A DNA stretch of 32,544 nt, taken from Erysipelotrichaceae bacterium. GTDB taxonomy: Bacteria > Bacillota_I > Bacilli_A > RFN20 > CAG-449. Position numbers and translations under genes: made by a program. Each line of letters begins with the position of its first letter. The stretch's first letter is position 1. Below the pieces are notes generated by a model that had not been told where the DNA came from, ran no database searches, and saw only the letters and a list, made by a program, of their open reading frames with translations. The stretch is taken from the NCBI GenBank assembly GCA_022772105.1, contig JALFBO010000106.1, positions 1 to 32,544 on the forward strand, given 5' to 3'. Shown here piece by piece: positions 22,562-31,442 of the stretch.

Positions 22562-23904
22562 AAGAGTTTTTCTTGAGCCTTCTTTTTCTCTTTTATATTT
22601 TTCTTAATTATTTTTTCTTTGTGTTCTTTTTTGGCTTTTTCAACAGCTTTTTTGATTTTCTTCTTATATCCTGGTTTGACTTTTGTTGTCCTAACTTTTG
22701 CTATTTCTTTTTTGATTTGTGCTTTTAAGACATCACTTTCTTTTTTAGGCTTAGATGAAGGATTAAATGATGAAACTTGTTTTAAAGTATCGTTTCTTAA
22801 TACAAAATAATCAAAATTTAGGCCATTTTGTATCAATTTATTGATTTTATTCATATCTTCATCATTATAGAAAATATAAGAATCACCTGTATTTTGGTTT
22901 CTGCCAGTTCTTCCTGCACGATGATAATAGTAGTCTAAATCATAAGGTAGATCTAAGGAAATAACTGTAGATACATGTTCTAAGTCTATACCTCTTGAAG
23001 CAATATCGGAACAAATAACTAGATTGAATTCCCCATTGTTGATTCTTCGCATCATAATTTTACGTTCACGCGATTCCATGTTTCCATTAATTATTGAACA
23101 AGGAATTCCTTCTTCATTTAATTTTTTATAAACCATTTCTACACGTGTCTTTTCGGAAGCAAAAACCATTGTAAAATAAGGTTGTTTTATTTTTAGAAAA
23201 GATATTAATTGTTCAATAATATCTTTATGTTTTATGTTAACTAAATGATGAGAAACATTACGATTTACCTTAATTTTTCTATCAATATCAATTATTTCTT
23301 CCGCTTTTACAAATTTGTATGTGTCGGCGATTAAATGCTCTTTCATCGTCGCTGTAAATACAAGGCGTTGACTTGGTGAAATGGTTGAAATAAGCGCATC
23401 AATTTCTTCAATATATGAATTATCAATTAACATATCGGCTTCATCTAAAACGATTGTTTTTATCGCGGAACAATCTTTTCTCTCTTTAATAAATAAATCA
23501 AAGAGACGTCCTGGTGTACCGATTAATAGTTTGGGAAGAGTACCACCAAAAGCTAATTGCTCTAAATTGATGTTTTTATCAGATGAAGAAGATATTTCTT
23601 TACATGATAATCCTTCGATTTTATCGCAAATTTTTTTTACAAATTCATATGTTTGATGAGCAAGTTCAACAGTTGGTGAGATAACTAATGCCTGCACTTT
23701 ATTTAATGTTTTATCGATATTATTTAAAATAGGAATTAAAAAAGCATGAGTTTTTCCAGATCCGGTTTCACTTTTACAAATTAAAGATTTCCCTTTTAAT
23801 GCTTTGGCTAATACTTTTTCTTGAATAGGTGTCGCTTCAACATATCCGAGTGTAGTTAAAGCATCCACTAATTCTTTATTTAAGTTATACGATCCAAATC
23901 TCAT
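22558..23904 (-). CDS. cshB: DEAD-box ATP-dependent RNA helicase with Lys-rich C-terminal tail
   Basis: Motifs SETGSGKTHAF, PTVELA, TPGR, DEAD, FTAT and HRAGRTGR are present. SD is AGGAGGT. Calling it cshB rests on yqfR-like synteny only. Confidence 0.85.
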   Translation of the reverse strand: MRFGSYNLNKELVDALTTLGYVEATPIQEKVLAKALKGKSLICKSETGSGKTHAFLIPILNNIDKTLNKVQALVISPTVELAHQTYEFVKKICDKIEGLSCKEISSSSDKNINLEQLAFGGTLPKLLIGTPGRLFDLFIKERKDCSAIKTIVLDEADMLIDNSYIEEIDALISTISPSQRLVFTATMKEHLIADTYKFVKAEEIIDIDRKIKVNRNVSHHLVNIKHKDIIEQLISFLKIKQPYFTMVFASEKTRVEMVYKKLNEEGIPCSIINGNMESRERKIMMRRINNGEFNLVICSDIASRGIDLEHVSTVISLDLPYDLDYYYHRAGRTGRNQNTGDSYIFYNDEDMNKINKLIQNGLNFDYFVLRNDTLKQVSSFNPSSKPKKESDVLKAQIKKEIAKVRTTKVKPGYKKKIKKAVEKAKKEHKEKIIKKNIKEKKKAQEKLF

Positions 23905-23916
23905 GGAAATTACCTC

Positions 23917-25200
23917 CTATTCTTCTTCGATGCATAGTTCATCTAATTTTGTGATTAATTCATCTTTTGTAACTGTAATTTGTTCTTGATTTAAAAGATT
24001 TTTAAGACCAAAAGCATTATTTTTCACTTCATCTTCTCCGATGATCAAGATAAATTTTGCTTGTTTTCTTAATGCTATTTTTATTTGACTTTTAAAGCTT
24101 TTTTCTTCAAAATTCATATCGGCTTTGAATCCATTTAAACGTAAATTTTGTAAAGTGTCATAGGCATATGATTCTACATCTTTACCAAGCCATACAACAA
24201 ATACATCTAAAAAGCATTTGCTATATGTTTCTGGAGAAATCTCTTTTAATAAAGTATTTAATCTTTCAATACCAAAAGCAAATCCAACAGAACTTAATTT
24301 AGGTCCTCCAACTTCCTCTACAAGGTTGTCATAATGACCACCTGCGCCAATTGCGCCTAGATTAGTACCTTCTTTAGAGATGAAGTGGAATTCAAAAACA
24401 ACGTGTGAATAATAATCAAGTCCTCTAACTAAAGAATCATCAATTTCATATTCGACTCCTTGATTATCTAATAATGTTAATATCTCTTGAAAATATTTTT
24501 TGCTGTTTTCATTCAAAAAATCGCCCATTTTTGGTGCATCTTTAATTATTTCTTGATCGTCTTTGTCCTTACAATCTAATATTCTTAATGGATTTATCTT
24601 ATATCTTCTTTGGCAATCTGGACACATCGTGTCAATTTTTGAAGAAAAATATTCCTTTAAAGCTTCTTTATAGGCGTTACGACTTTCTTCATCACCAATA
24701 GAATTAATCTTTAAAATAACATGAGAAAAACCAATCATCTTTAAAGAATTATATCCTAATGTAATTGTTTCCGCATCAGAATAAGGAGATGAAACTCCAA
24801 CATTCTCTACCCCCATTTGATTAAATTGACGATAGCGACCTGCTTGTGGCCTTTCATAACGGAAAGTAGGACCATAATAAGACAATTTTAAAGGTAAATC
24901 TTTAGTTGCATATAGTTTATTAGTTACTATAGCTCTCATTACTCCTGCTGTCCATTCCGGACGTAAAGTTATGGAGCGTCCACCTTTATCTAAAAATGTA
25001 AACATTTCCTTAGTAACAATGTCACTACTTTCTCCAGCAGAACGAGCAAATAATTCAGTAGTTTCATATACTGGAACTGAAATAGGATTATAACCATAGA
25101 TAGAAGCGATTTGTTTTAGTAATGAAGCAATTTTTTCAATATTTTCTTGATCTTCATAAAATGCATCATATGTACCTCTTTGTGGTTGATAGATAGGCAT
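23917..25200 (-). CDS. hisS: histidine--tRNA ligase
   Basis: Class II motifs are present (FRYERPQAGRYRQFNQ, GGHYDNL, GFAFGIERL). SD is AAGGAGA. Confidence 0.9.
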   Translation of the reverse strand: MPIYQPQRGTYDAFYEDQENIEKIASLLKQIASIYGYNPISVPVYETTELFARSAGESSDIVTKEMFTFLDKGGRSITLRPEWTAGVMRAIVTNKLYATKDLPLKLSYYGPTFRYERPQAGRYRQFNQMGVENVGVSSPYSDAETITLGYNSLKMIGFSHVILKINSIGDEESRNAYKEALKEYFSSKIDTMCPDCQRRYKINPLRILDCKDKDDQEIIKDAPKMGDFLNENSKKYFQEILTLLDNQGVEYEIDDSLVRGLDYYSHVVFEFHFISKEGTNLGAIGAGGHYDNLVEEVGGPKLSSVGFAFGIERLNTLLKEISPETYSKCFLDVFVVWLGKDVESYAYDTLQNLRLNGFKADMNFEEKSFKSQIKIALRKQAKFILIIGEDEVKNNAFGLKNLLNQEQITVTKDELITKLDELCIEEE

Positions 25201-25221
25201 ATTTGTTCTCCTTTCTAATTA

Positions 25222-25251
25222 TGTACTAATTATATACTAAATAAATACTAA
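25222..25251 (-). repeat. three 11-nt-phased octamers on the minus strand (TTAGTATT tat TTAGTATA taa TTAGTACA) between the pseudouridine synthase stop and hisS
   Basis: Read directly. The TAG of the first unit is the stop codon of the upstream gene (25248-25250). Confidence 0.5.
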
Positions 25252-26219
25252 CTTATCTTTTTTATATTAAAAAAGTTTAAAAATTCTTTTGGAACAGGGG
25301 CGATAAACTTGTAGTGTTTATCTTTCTTTAGTGGATGATCAAATTCTAAAATACGACAATGAAGTCCTAAACGATGTAATGGATCATTAAGCGAATCATA
25401 TTTATCGTCTCCAACAACTTGGTGTCCTAGATCCTTCATATGAACTCTAATTTGATTTTTTCTACCAGTATCAATATTAATTTTTACTAAAGAATAGATA
25501 TCTTTTTCATGAAGAACTTGATAGTGAGTAATGGCTTTTTGTCCTTCTTTATCATGAGTTGAATACATTAAATTTGTTTTCGTGGACATTAAATATGAAG
25601 TATAATTTCCCTCTTTTTTACTAAAAGGGCCTCCCTCACAAACAGCAATATATTCCCTTTTTTGAATTTGATTATTCCAATCCTTTTGCATCGCATCTTT
25701 GAATGCTTCATTCTTGGCAAACATCAAGATACCACTTGTTTCTTTATCAAGTCGATGAAGTACAAAAATACGATTCTTTGGATCATCTAAACGGACATAT
25801 TCGTTTACATAACGATATGCTGTATCTTCCTTTTCTTTGTCAGTAGCAATGCTTAAAAGTCCTGCTTGTTTATTAATTACTACTAGATCTTCATCCTCGT
25901 AGATTATTTTTATTTTATCTTTTATAGAAGGTGCTCCTTTAGCGGAAGAAGTTTTAGAAATACTAACAATATCTCCAATAACCAGTTGATAATCAAACTT
26001 GCTTGTTGGAATATCATTAACAAGTATTTGTTTTCTAGCAAGAAGAGCTTTGATATTATTACGTGAAAATTGCTTATAATTTCTTAATAAGAATTCCATT
26101 AAAGGAAGAGGATAATTAACTTTAATCTCTTTTCCTATTTTTATATCATTTTTAAATTTGTAATCCTTTTTTAAAGTAGTGGAAGGTTTTTTATTTATTT
26201 TCTTACTATTTTTTTTCAT
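25248..26219 (-). CDS. RluA-family 23S rRNA pseudouridine synthase with N-terminal S4 domain
   Basis: Motifs HRLDKETSGILMFAKN and GRKNQIRVH are present, with an S4-like LLARKQILVNDIP. The start ATG overlaps the relA stop (TAATG). Confidence 0.8.
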   Translation of the reverse strand: MKKNSKKINKKPSTTLKKDYKFKNDIKIGKEIKVNYPLPLMEFLLRNYKQFSRNNIKALLARKQILVNDIPTSKFDYQLVIGDIVSISKTSSAKGAPSIKDKIKIIYEDEDLVVINKQAGLLSIATDKEKEDTAYRYVNEYVRLDDPKNRIFVLHRLDKETSGILMFAKNEAFKDAMQKDWNNQIQKREYIAVCEGGPFSKKEGNYTSYLMSTKTNLMYSTHDKEGQKAITHYQVLHEKDIYSLVKINIDTGRKNQIRVHMKDLGHQVVGDDKYDSLNDPLHRLGLHCRILEFDHPLKKDKHYKFIAPVPKEFLNFFNIKKIS

Positions 26220-28408
26220 TAATGAGTCGCCCTTTCAATACTATATACCCCATCAACATTCACAAGACTACTAATTATATTTCTTAACCTAATAGCGTCA
26301 CTAACTAAGATGGTTACATTAATTGTGGAAGTTAATGTTTGAGGGTGAGATTTAGCGTTAATCTTTGTACTTACTACTTTTAATTGAGACAACGTGTTTA
26401 GAATATCCATTAATAGATTTTCTCTATCCGATGCTTTAATTTGTAATTCGACAGGACAATTAATAAATGTCGCAGAGGGATTCCACTCTACATCGATTGT
26501 TCGTGAAGGTTGTTTTAAAACATTTTTACAATCCGCTCTATGAATTTTTACGCCTTTTCCTTTAGAAATATAACCAATGATATTATCTCCTGGAATTGGT
26601 GAACAACAAGAAGATAAAGAACATAAAATATTTGGTGTTCCTTTAACTAATACAGCTTGGTTAGATATAGGTCCAATTTCTCTATTTGTATTTTTCTTTA
26701 CTAAAGTTTCAATATAATCTTCTTTCTTTAAACCTAATTCTTTAGTTACATCAGATGGTTGCGTATTTTTTGTAGCTACACTTATGTATAAATCTTCCAA
26801 AGTCGTACAATCAAAATGATTTAGGATTTCTTGTGTAATAAGTGTTTCCATTTTTTGCTCGTTAATATCGAAATCTTTAAAATGCTCACAAAGAGATTCT
26901 TTTCCCTTTGTAATATTAGTTTCTCTTAAAAAATCGGCATTTTTCTTTAATAAATATTTTCTAATATGCGATTTGGCTTGATTGGTCTTAACAATTTTAA
27001 GCCATCCTTCATTTGGACCATTAGATGTTTTTGATGTTTTAATTTCAACAACATCTCCAGTTTTTAACTCGGTAGAAAGAGGAACTAAAGTATTATTTAC
27101 TATTGCTCCAACTGCGGAATCTCCTACTTTAGTATGCACTTTATATGCAAAATCTAATGGTGTAGAACCTGTTGGTAAATCAATTACTTTGCCATGTGGA
27201 GTAAAACAATATATGTTAGCTTCGAAGATATCCTTCATTAAAGTATTCATATATTCAGTTGCATCATCTTCTTTATTGGACATAGATACAAATTCTGAGA
27301 ACCAATGAAGTTTTTCCATAACTTCTTTTTGTTCCTTTTTAGGATCGTATTTTTCTCCTTCTTTATATCTCCAGTGGGCAGCAACACCACCTTCGGCAAT
27401 TTCATCCATATGTTTAGTTCTAATTTGAACTTCTAAAATAATGCCATCATTATCGATAATAGTCGTATGAAGCGATTGATACATATTTGGCTTTGGAACC
27501 GCGATATAATCTTTAAATCTACCTGGTAAAGGCTTAAATTCAGTATGAATAATTCCAAGAATTTCATAGCAATTTAGTTCCGTTTCCGTTATAATTCTAA
27601 GCGCCATAATATCGTAGATTTGGTCGAAAGTATACTCTTTTGATATTAATTTTTTATAGATGCTATATGGATGCTTTACCCTAGCAGAAATTTCAAAAGG
27701 AATATCAGTTTTTAAAATAATATCTGCGATTTTCTTTTGTAATTTTTTTATTTGAATTTCTCTATTACTTAAGTTTTTATTTAAATAATCTTGAATTTCA
27801 TTCCATTTTTCAGGATTTAAATACATTAAACATAAATCTTCCAATTCTCCTTTTATGGAGTTTAGACCTAGTCTATCTGCGATTGGGCAATAAACTTCTA
27901 ATGTTTCTTTAGCAATGCGTATTTTTTTCTCTGGTGTTTGAAATTCTAAAGTACGCATATTATGGAGTCGATCCGCAAGTTTAATTAAAATGACGCGGAT
28001 ATCTTTCGCCATACCTAAAAATATTTTTCTATGTCCTTCGGCGACAAAATCTTTATCCTGTCTTCTTTTATGTGATAAAGCTTTAATTTTGGTTAAGCAA
28101 AAGACCATTTCGGCAATATCATCGTTAAAAACAGAGCTTAATTCTTCTTTTGTTACTTCACAATCTTCAATAGTGTCATGTAATAATCCTGCGGCAATTG
28201 TGGAAGGACCAGCTTGAAGAGATGCAAGTATATAAGCAACTTCGATTAAATGGGTGATATAAGGATCCCCTGATTTTCTTAGTTGACCTGCATGTTTCTC
28301 ATCCGCGTATTTATATGCTTGATCAATTAATTCAATATCTTTTGTATTATGAATATAGTGAGAATATAGTTCCTTGACATCTTCATAAGAATGTCCAAGT
28401 TTATTCAT
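26219..28408 (-). CDS. relA: bifunctional (p)ppGpp synthetase/hydrolase Rel
   Basis: The HD hydrolase has HLIEVA and LHDTIED. The synthetase has RVKHPYSIYKK, DIMALRII and EVQIRT. C-terminal TGS and ACT-like regions are present. Confidence 0.9.
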   Translation of the reverse strand: MNKLGHSYEDVKELYSHYIHNTKDIELIDQAYKYADEKHAGQLRKSGDPYITHLIEVAYILASLQAGPSTIAAGLLHDTIEDCEVTKEELSSVFNDDIAEMVFCLTKIKALSHKRRQDKDFVAEGHRKIFLGMAKDIRVILIKLADRLHNMRTLEFQTPEKKIRIAKETLEVYCPIADRLGLNSIKGELEDLCLMYLNPEKWNEIQDYLNKNLSNREIQIKKLQKKIADIILKTDIPFEISARVKHPYSIYKKLISKEYTFDQIYDIMALRIITETELNCYEILGIIHTEFKPLPGRFKDYIAVPKPNMYQSLHTTIIDNDGIILEVQIRTKHMDEIAEGGVAAHWRYKEGEKYDPKKEQKEVMEKLHWFSEFVSMSNKEDDATEYMNTLMKDIFEANIYCFTPHGKVIDLPTGSTPLDFAYKVHTKVGDSAVGAIVNNTLVPLSTELKTGDVVEIKTSKTSNGPNEGWLKIVKTNQAKSHIRKYLLKKNADFLRETNITKGKESLCEHFKDFDINEQKMETLITQEILNHFDCTTLEDLYISVATKNTQPSDVTKELGLKKEDYIETLVKKNTNREIGPISNQAVLVKGTPNILCSLSSCCSPIPGDNIIGYISKGKGVKIHRADCKNVLKQPSRTIDVEWNPSATFINCPVELQIKASDRENLLMDILNTLSQLKVVSTKINAKSHPQTLTSTINVTILVSDAIRLRNIISSLVNVDGVYSIERATH

Positions 28409-28409
28409 A

Positions 28410-28937
28410 TTAATCTTCCTTTACATCATCAAGCATTAGGCAATGCAAATTGTAATCTTTTAATTTTTCAACACCAGGTAAAGCAGTTAGTCCAATAAGA
28501 GCAATTATTCCCACTACTTCTCCTCCAAGGCTTTGAACAAGATTAATCGCTGCTTCCATAGTGCCTCCTAGTGCAATAATGTCATCAATAATAACTACTT
28601 TTTGACCTTTCTTTACTGCATCTTTATGCATGCACAAAGTATCAATACCATATTCTAATTCATATGAATATTCGATGGTTTCTCTTGGTAACTTACCTTT
28701 TTTTCTAATTGGAGCAAATCCAACGCCAAGTTTTGTGGCAACTGGACACGCAAACATAAAGCCACGAGATTCAGGACCAACAACTAATTCTGCTCCCATT
28801 TCTAAAGCTAATTTTGCCATTTGTTCAACAGTATAAAGATAAGCTTTTCCATCTTGTAGTAATGGAGTTATATCTTTAAACATAACTCCTTTTTTAGGCC
28901 AATTTGGTTTTATTGCAATATATTCTTCTAAATTCAT
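28410..28937 (-). CDS. apt: adenine phosphoribosyltransferase
   Basis: The PRPP loop is VVIIDDIIALGGTMEAA. SD GGAG lies before ATG 28937, and the tracked TTG 28955 lies upstream of that SD. Confidence 0.9.
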   Translation of the reverse strand: MNLEEYIAIKPNWPKKGVMFKDITPLLQDGKAYLYTVEQMAKLALEMGAELVVGPESRGFMFACPVATKLGVGFAPIRKKGKLPRETIEYSYELEYGIDTLCMHKDAVKKGQKVVIIDDIIALGGTMEAAINLVQSLGGEVVGIIALIGLTALPGVEKLKDYNLHCLMLDDVKED

Positions 28938-29061
28938 AACAAAAATCTCCTTCAAGCAACAATAATATTATAATCTAAACTGTCTTTTATCTAAAGATAA
29001 ATTTTCTATTTTTCACTGTAACAATTAAAATATAGGCGCATAATCTAGTTTAGGTGATAAA

Positions 29062-29415
29062 ATGTATCGATCTTTCTTTTCCCCATTGTACGGATATGGG
29101 ATTAATAGGCAAGTAATGCCTTCTTTTTATAGAACATTTAGAAGTGTTGTTCCTCAACCTAGAGTCTCTTCCTTTTCTATAGAAAAAATCATATCTAGAA
29201 CGCAAAGAAGTATAAATACAATCAATCAAATAATTCCACTTTACAAACAAGTTAAGCCTATTTATAACCAAGGAAAAAATATGGTAAAAACAGTGGCTAC
29301 TTTTATCAATAAATCGTTTGGCCAAAACGCTACAAGTTCATCTTCATCATCAAAAAATGAAACTTCTTCTTCCTTCCGCTTTAACGATGAAAAAAATAAT
29401 CCATTTTTCCGTTAA
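29062..29415 (+). CDS. small protein, possibly VrrA/YqfQ family
   Basis: SD AGGTGA lies 5 nt before ATG 29062. The central TQRSINTINQIIPLYKQVKPIYNQ resembles the YqfQ motif T.QQ.GP.VQQYGP.V.N as I recall it. It has a Ser-rich tail, and its position near trmK/sigA/dnaG fits yqfQ synteny. Confidence 0.45.
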   Translation: MYRSFFSPLYGYGINRQVMPSFYRTFRSVVPQPRVSSFSIEKIISRTQRSINTINQIIPLYKQVKPIYNQGKNMVKTVATFINKSFGQNATSSSSSSKNETSSSFRFNDEKNNPFFR

Positions 29416-29417
29416 AA

Positions 29418-29439
29418 AAAGAGTAATTTCTTACTCTTT
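29418..29439 (-). terminator. terminator of dnaG-sigA-trmK (possibly also serving the convergent small gene)
   Basis: 9-bp stem AAAGAGTAA / TTACTCTTT with loop TTTC. The minus-strand transcript continues into a U-run (A7 at 29414-29420 on the plus strand). It overlaps the trmK stop. Confidence 0.6.
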
Positions 29440-30096
29440 AATTAGTTCATAATATTCTTCATTTTGCTTTAATAAAGATTCTCTTTTTTCTTGCACTAAG
29501 AGATTATTTGAAAGGATATGTTCATTTATTTTTATGAGTGAGATGTATTTTTCTTTAAATACATCACTCTTTTCTCTTCTTAAAAAATATCCATATTTTA
29601 AATCTAATTCACCTAATTCTTTTTTATTTTTAGAAAAAAGTAATATTTCATAAAAATGATCTTCAAAAACAATTTCTTCCTTTTCAGGATAAAAACCTAT
29701 AGATAATAAATACTCGCGTAATTGAAATTCACAACCTTGAGGTGATAAAAGTAGAAAAGTTGCATTTTTTGCTTTTTCTTCATCATTTTTGATAATATTT
29801 TTTATTAAATCTCCTCCCATGCCACATATGATTAAAGTCTTATATTTTTTGGTATCGCAATTAGATATACCGTCGCATAAAGAAGTTTCAATCTTGGAAG
29901 AAAGTTGTTCTTCTTTGATGCGAGAAGTTAAATTTTCATAAGGGCCTTTTTTATTATCTGATGCATATCCATAAGGGATAATATGATTTTTTATAAGATA
30001 TGAAATTAATAATCCATGATCTGCACCAATATCCGCAGCTGGAACATCTTTGGGAACTAAGGAGGCGATTTTTTGTAACCTATTAGATAAATTCAT
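29431..30096 (-). CDS. trmK: tRNA (adenine22-N1)-methyltransferase TrmK
   Basis: Motifs ADIGADHGLL and IICGMGG are present. Its position directly after sigA matches B. subtilis yqfN. Confidence 0.8.
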   Translation of the reverse strand: MNLSNRLQKIASLVPKDVPAADIGADHGLLISYLIKNHIIPYGYASDNKKGPYENLTSRIKEEQLSSKIETSLCDGISNCDTKKYKTLIICGMGGDLIKNIIKNDEEKAKNATFLLLSPQGCEFQLREYLLSIGFYPEKEEIVFEDHFYEILLFSKNKKELGELDLKYGYFLRREKSDVFKEKYISLIKINEHILSNNLLVQEKRESLLKQNEEYYELIKE

Positions 30097-30098
30097 CC

Positions 30099-31397
30099 TT
30101 ATTTATCTCTATAATCTCCAAAGCGTTTAGAGCGGACTGGATGTCTTAATTTTCTGATAGCTTTAGCTTCAATTTGTCTAATTCTTTCTCTTGTTACACC
30201 AAATTCTTTGCCTACTTCTTCTAAAGTGCGAGGTCTTCCATCATCTAAGCCATATCTTAAACGAAGAACTCTTTCTTCTCTATCAGTTAAATCTTTCATA
30301 ACTGAATAAAGTTCATCTTTTAATAATGATTTAGTGGTAAATTCAGAAGGAGATTGTGTTTCTTTATCTTCGATAAAATCACCAAGATGAGAATCATCTT
30401 CTTCACCGATTGGAGTTTCTAAAGAAACAGGATCTAAAGCGATTTTTTCAATTTCTCTAATTCTTTCTGGAGATAAACGTGAAGCAGGATCCATACGATC
30501 AGAAATTTCTTGAGCGGTTGGTTCTCTACCTAATTCTTGGATTAATGAACGTTTATAACGTGTAATCTTGTTAATTGTTTCGACCATATGAACTGGAATT
30601 CTAATAGTTCTCGCTTGATCAGCGATAGCTCTTGTGATAGCTTGACGAATCCACCATGTCGCATAAGTTGAGAATTTGAAACCTTTTGTGTAATCAAATT
30701 TTTCAACAGCCTTGATTAAGCCTAAATTACCTTCTTGAATTAAATCTAAGAAAAGCATACCTCTACCTACATAGTGTTTAGCGATGGAAACAACAAGTCT
30801 CAAGTTAGCTTGTGTTAATTCATTTTTTGCATCTTCATCACCAAGTAGAATCTTCTTTGCTAATTCAATTTCTTCTTCTGAAGAAAGAAGTCTAACTCTA
30901 CCAATTTCTTTTAAGTACATTTTGACAGGATCATTAACTTTAACAGTATCATCAACGATGTTATCATAGTCAAAATCGCTATAAGGAACTTCTTCTTCAT
31001 CTTCCATATTAAAATCAGAATCGTCATCTAGGAATGCTTCTGACATATCCTCATTTACTTTAGAAGCATCGAACTCTAAATCATCTAAATTTGAGACTTC
31101 ATCTTCATCAGACTCTACTTTGATATTTTTGTTCTTAAAAAACTCTATTAATGATTCAATATCTTCATCAGATAAATCTAGGTGAGCGGTTGCTTCTAAT
31201 AAATCTTCTTGTTGGATGCTTTTTTCTTTTTTTCCAATTTCTAAAAATCTTTTCTTAATTTGATCTAATGTTTCATCCTTTACCTCAAAATCATCGGCAT
31301 CGACCTTGATATTTGGAATATCAGAATATTCATCGGAATCAAAATCATCATCGTCTTCGTCAAATATTTCTTCTTCTTCTAATTCTCTTTTTTTCAT
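30099..31397 (-). CDS. sigA: primary RNA polymerase sigma factor (sigma-70/SigA) with long acidic N-terminal region
   Basis: Motifs [57 protein letters not shown] and [30 protein letters not shown] are present. Confidence 0.95.
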   Translation of the reverse strand: MKKRELEEEEIFDEDDDDFDSDEYSDIPNIKVDADDFEVKDETLDQIKKRFLEIGKKEKSIQQEDLLEATAHLDLSDEDIESLIEFFKNKNIKVESDEDEVSNLDDLEFDASKVNEDMSEAFLDDDSDFNMEDEEEVPYSDFDYDNIVDDTVKVNDPVKMYLKEIGRVRLLSSEEEIELAKKILLGDEDAKNELTQANLRLVVSIAKHYVGRGMLFLDLIQEGNLGLIKAVEKFDYTKGFKFSTYATWWIRQAITRAIADQARTIRIPVHMVETINKITRYKRSLIQELGREPTAQEISDRMDPASRLSPERIREIEKIALDPVSLETPIGEEDDSHLGDFIEDKETQSPSEFTTKSLLKDELYSVMKDLTDREERVLRLRYGLDDGRPRTLEEVGKEFGVTRERIRQIEAKAIRKLRHPVRSKRFGDYRDK

Positions 31398-31442
31398 AAA
31401 ATTTTTCCTTTCCCATCTAGATTAATAATTCTTCTAATGTAA

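Noticed and set aside
25201-25247. T-box riboswitch upstream of hisS
   Set aside because: Only 47 nt are available, which is far too short for a T-box leader. No specifier or antiterminator elements are visible.
29050-29325. 91-aa minus-strand ORF overlapping the yqfQ-like gene
   Set aside because: The plus-strand frame has a proper SD (AGGTGA) and a family-like motif, and it fits local synteny. The minus-strand frame has none of these.
30950-31397. Long acidic N-terminal region of SigA and the Lys-rich tail of CshB as anomalies
   Set aside because: Extended acidic region 1.1 in primary sigma factors and basic C-terminal tails in DEAD-box helicases are common low-complexity features.
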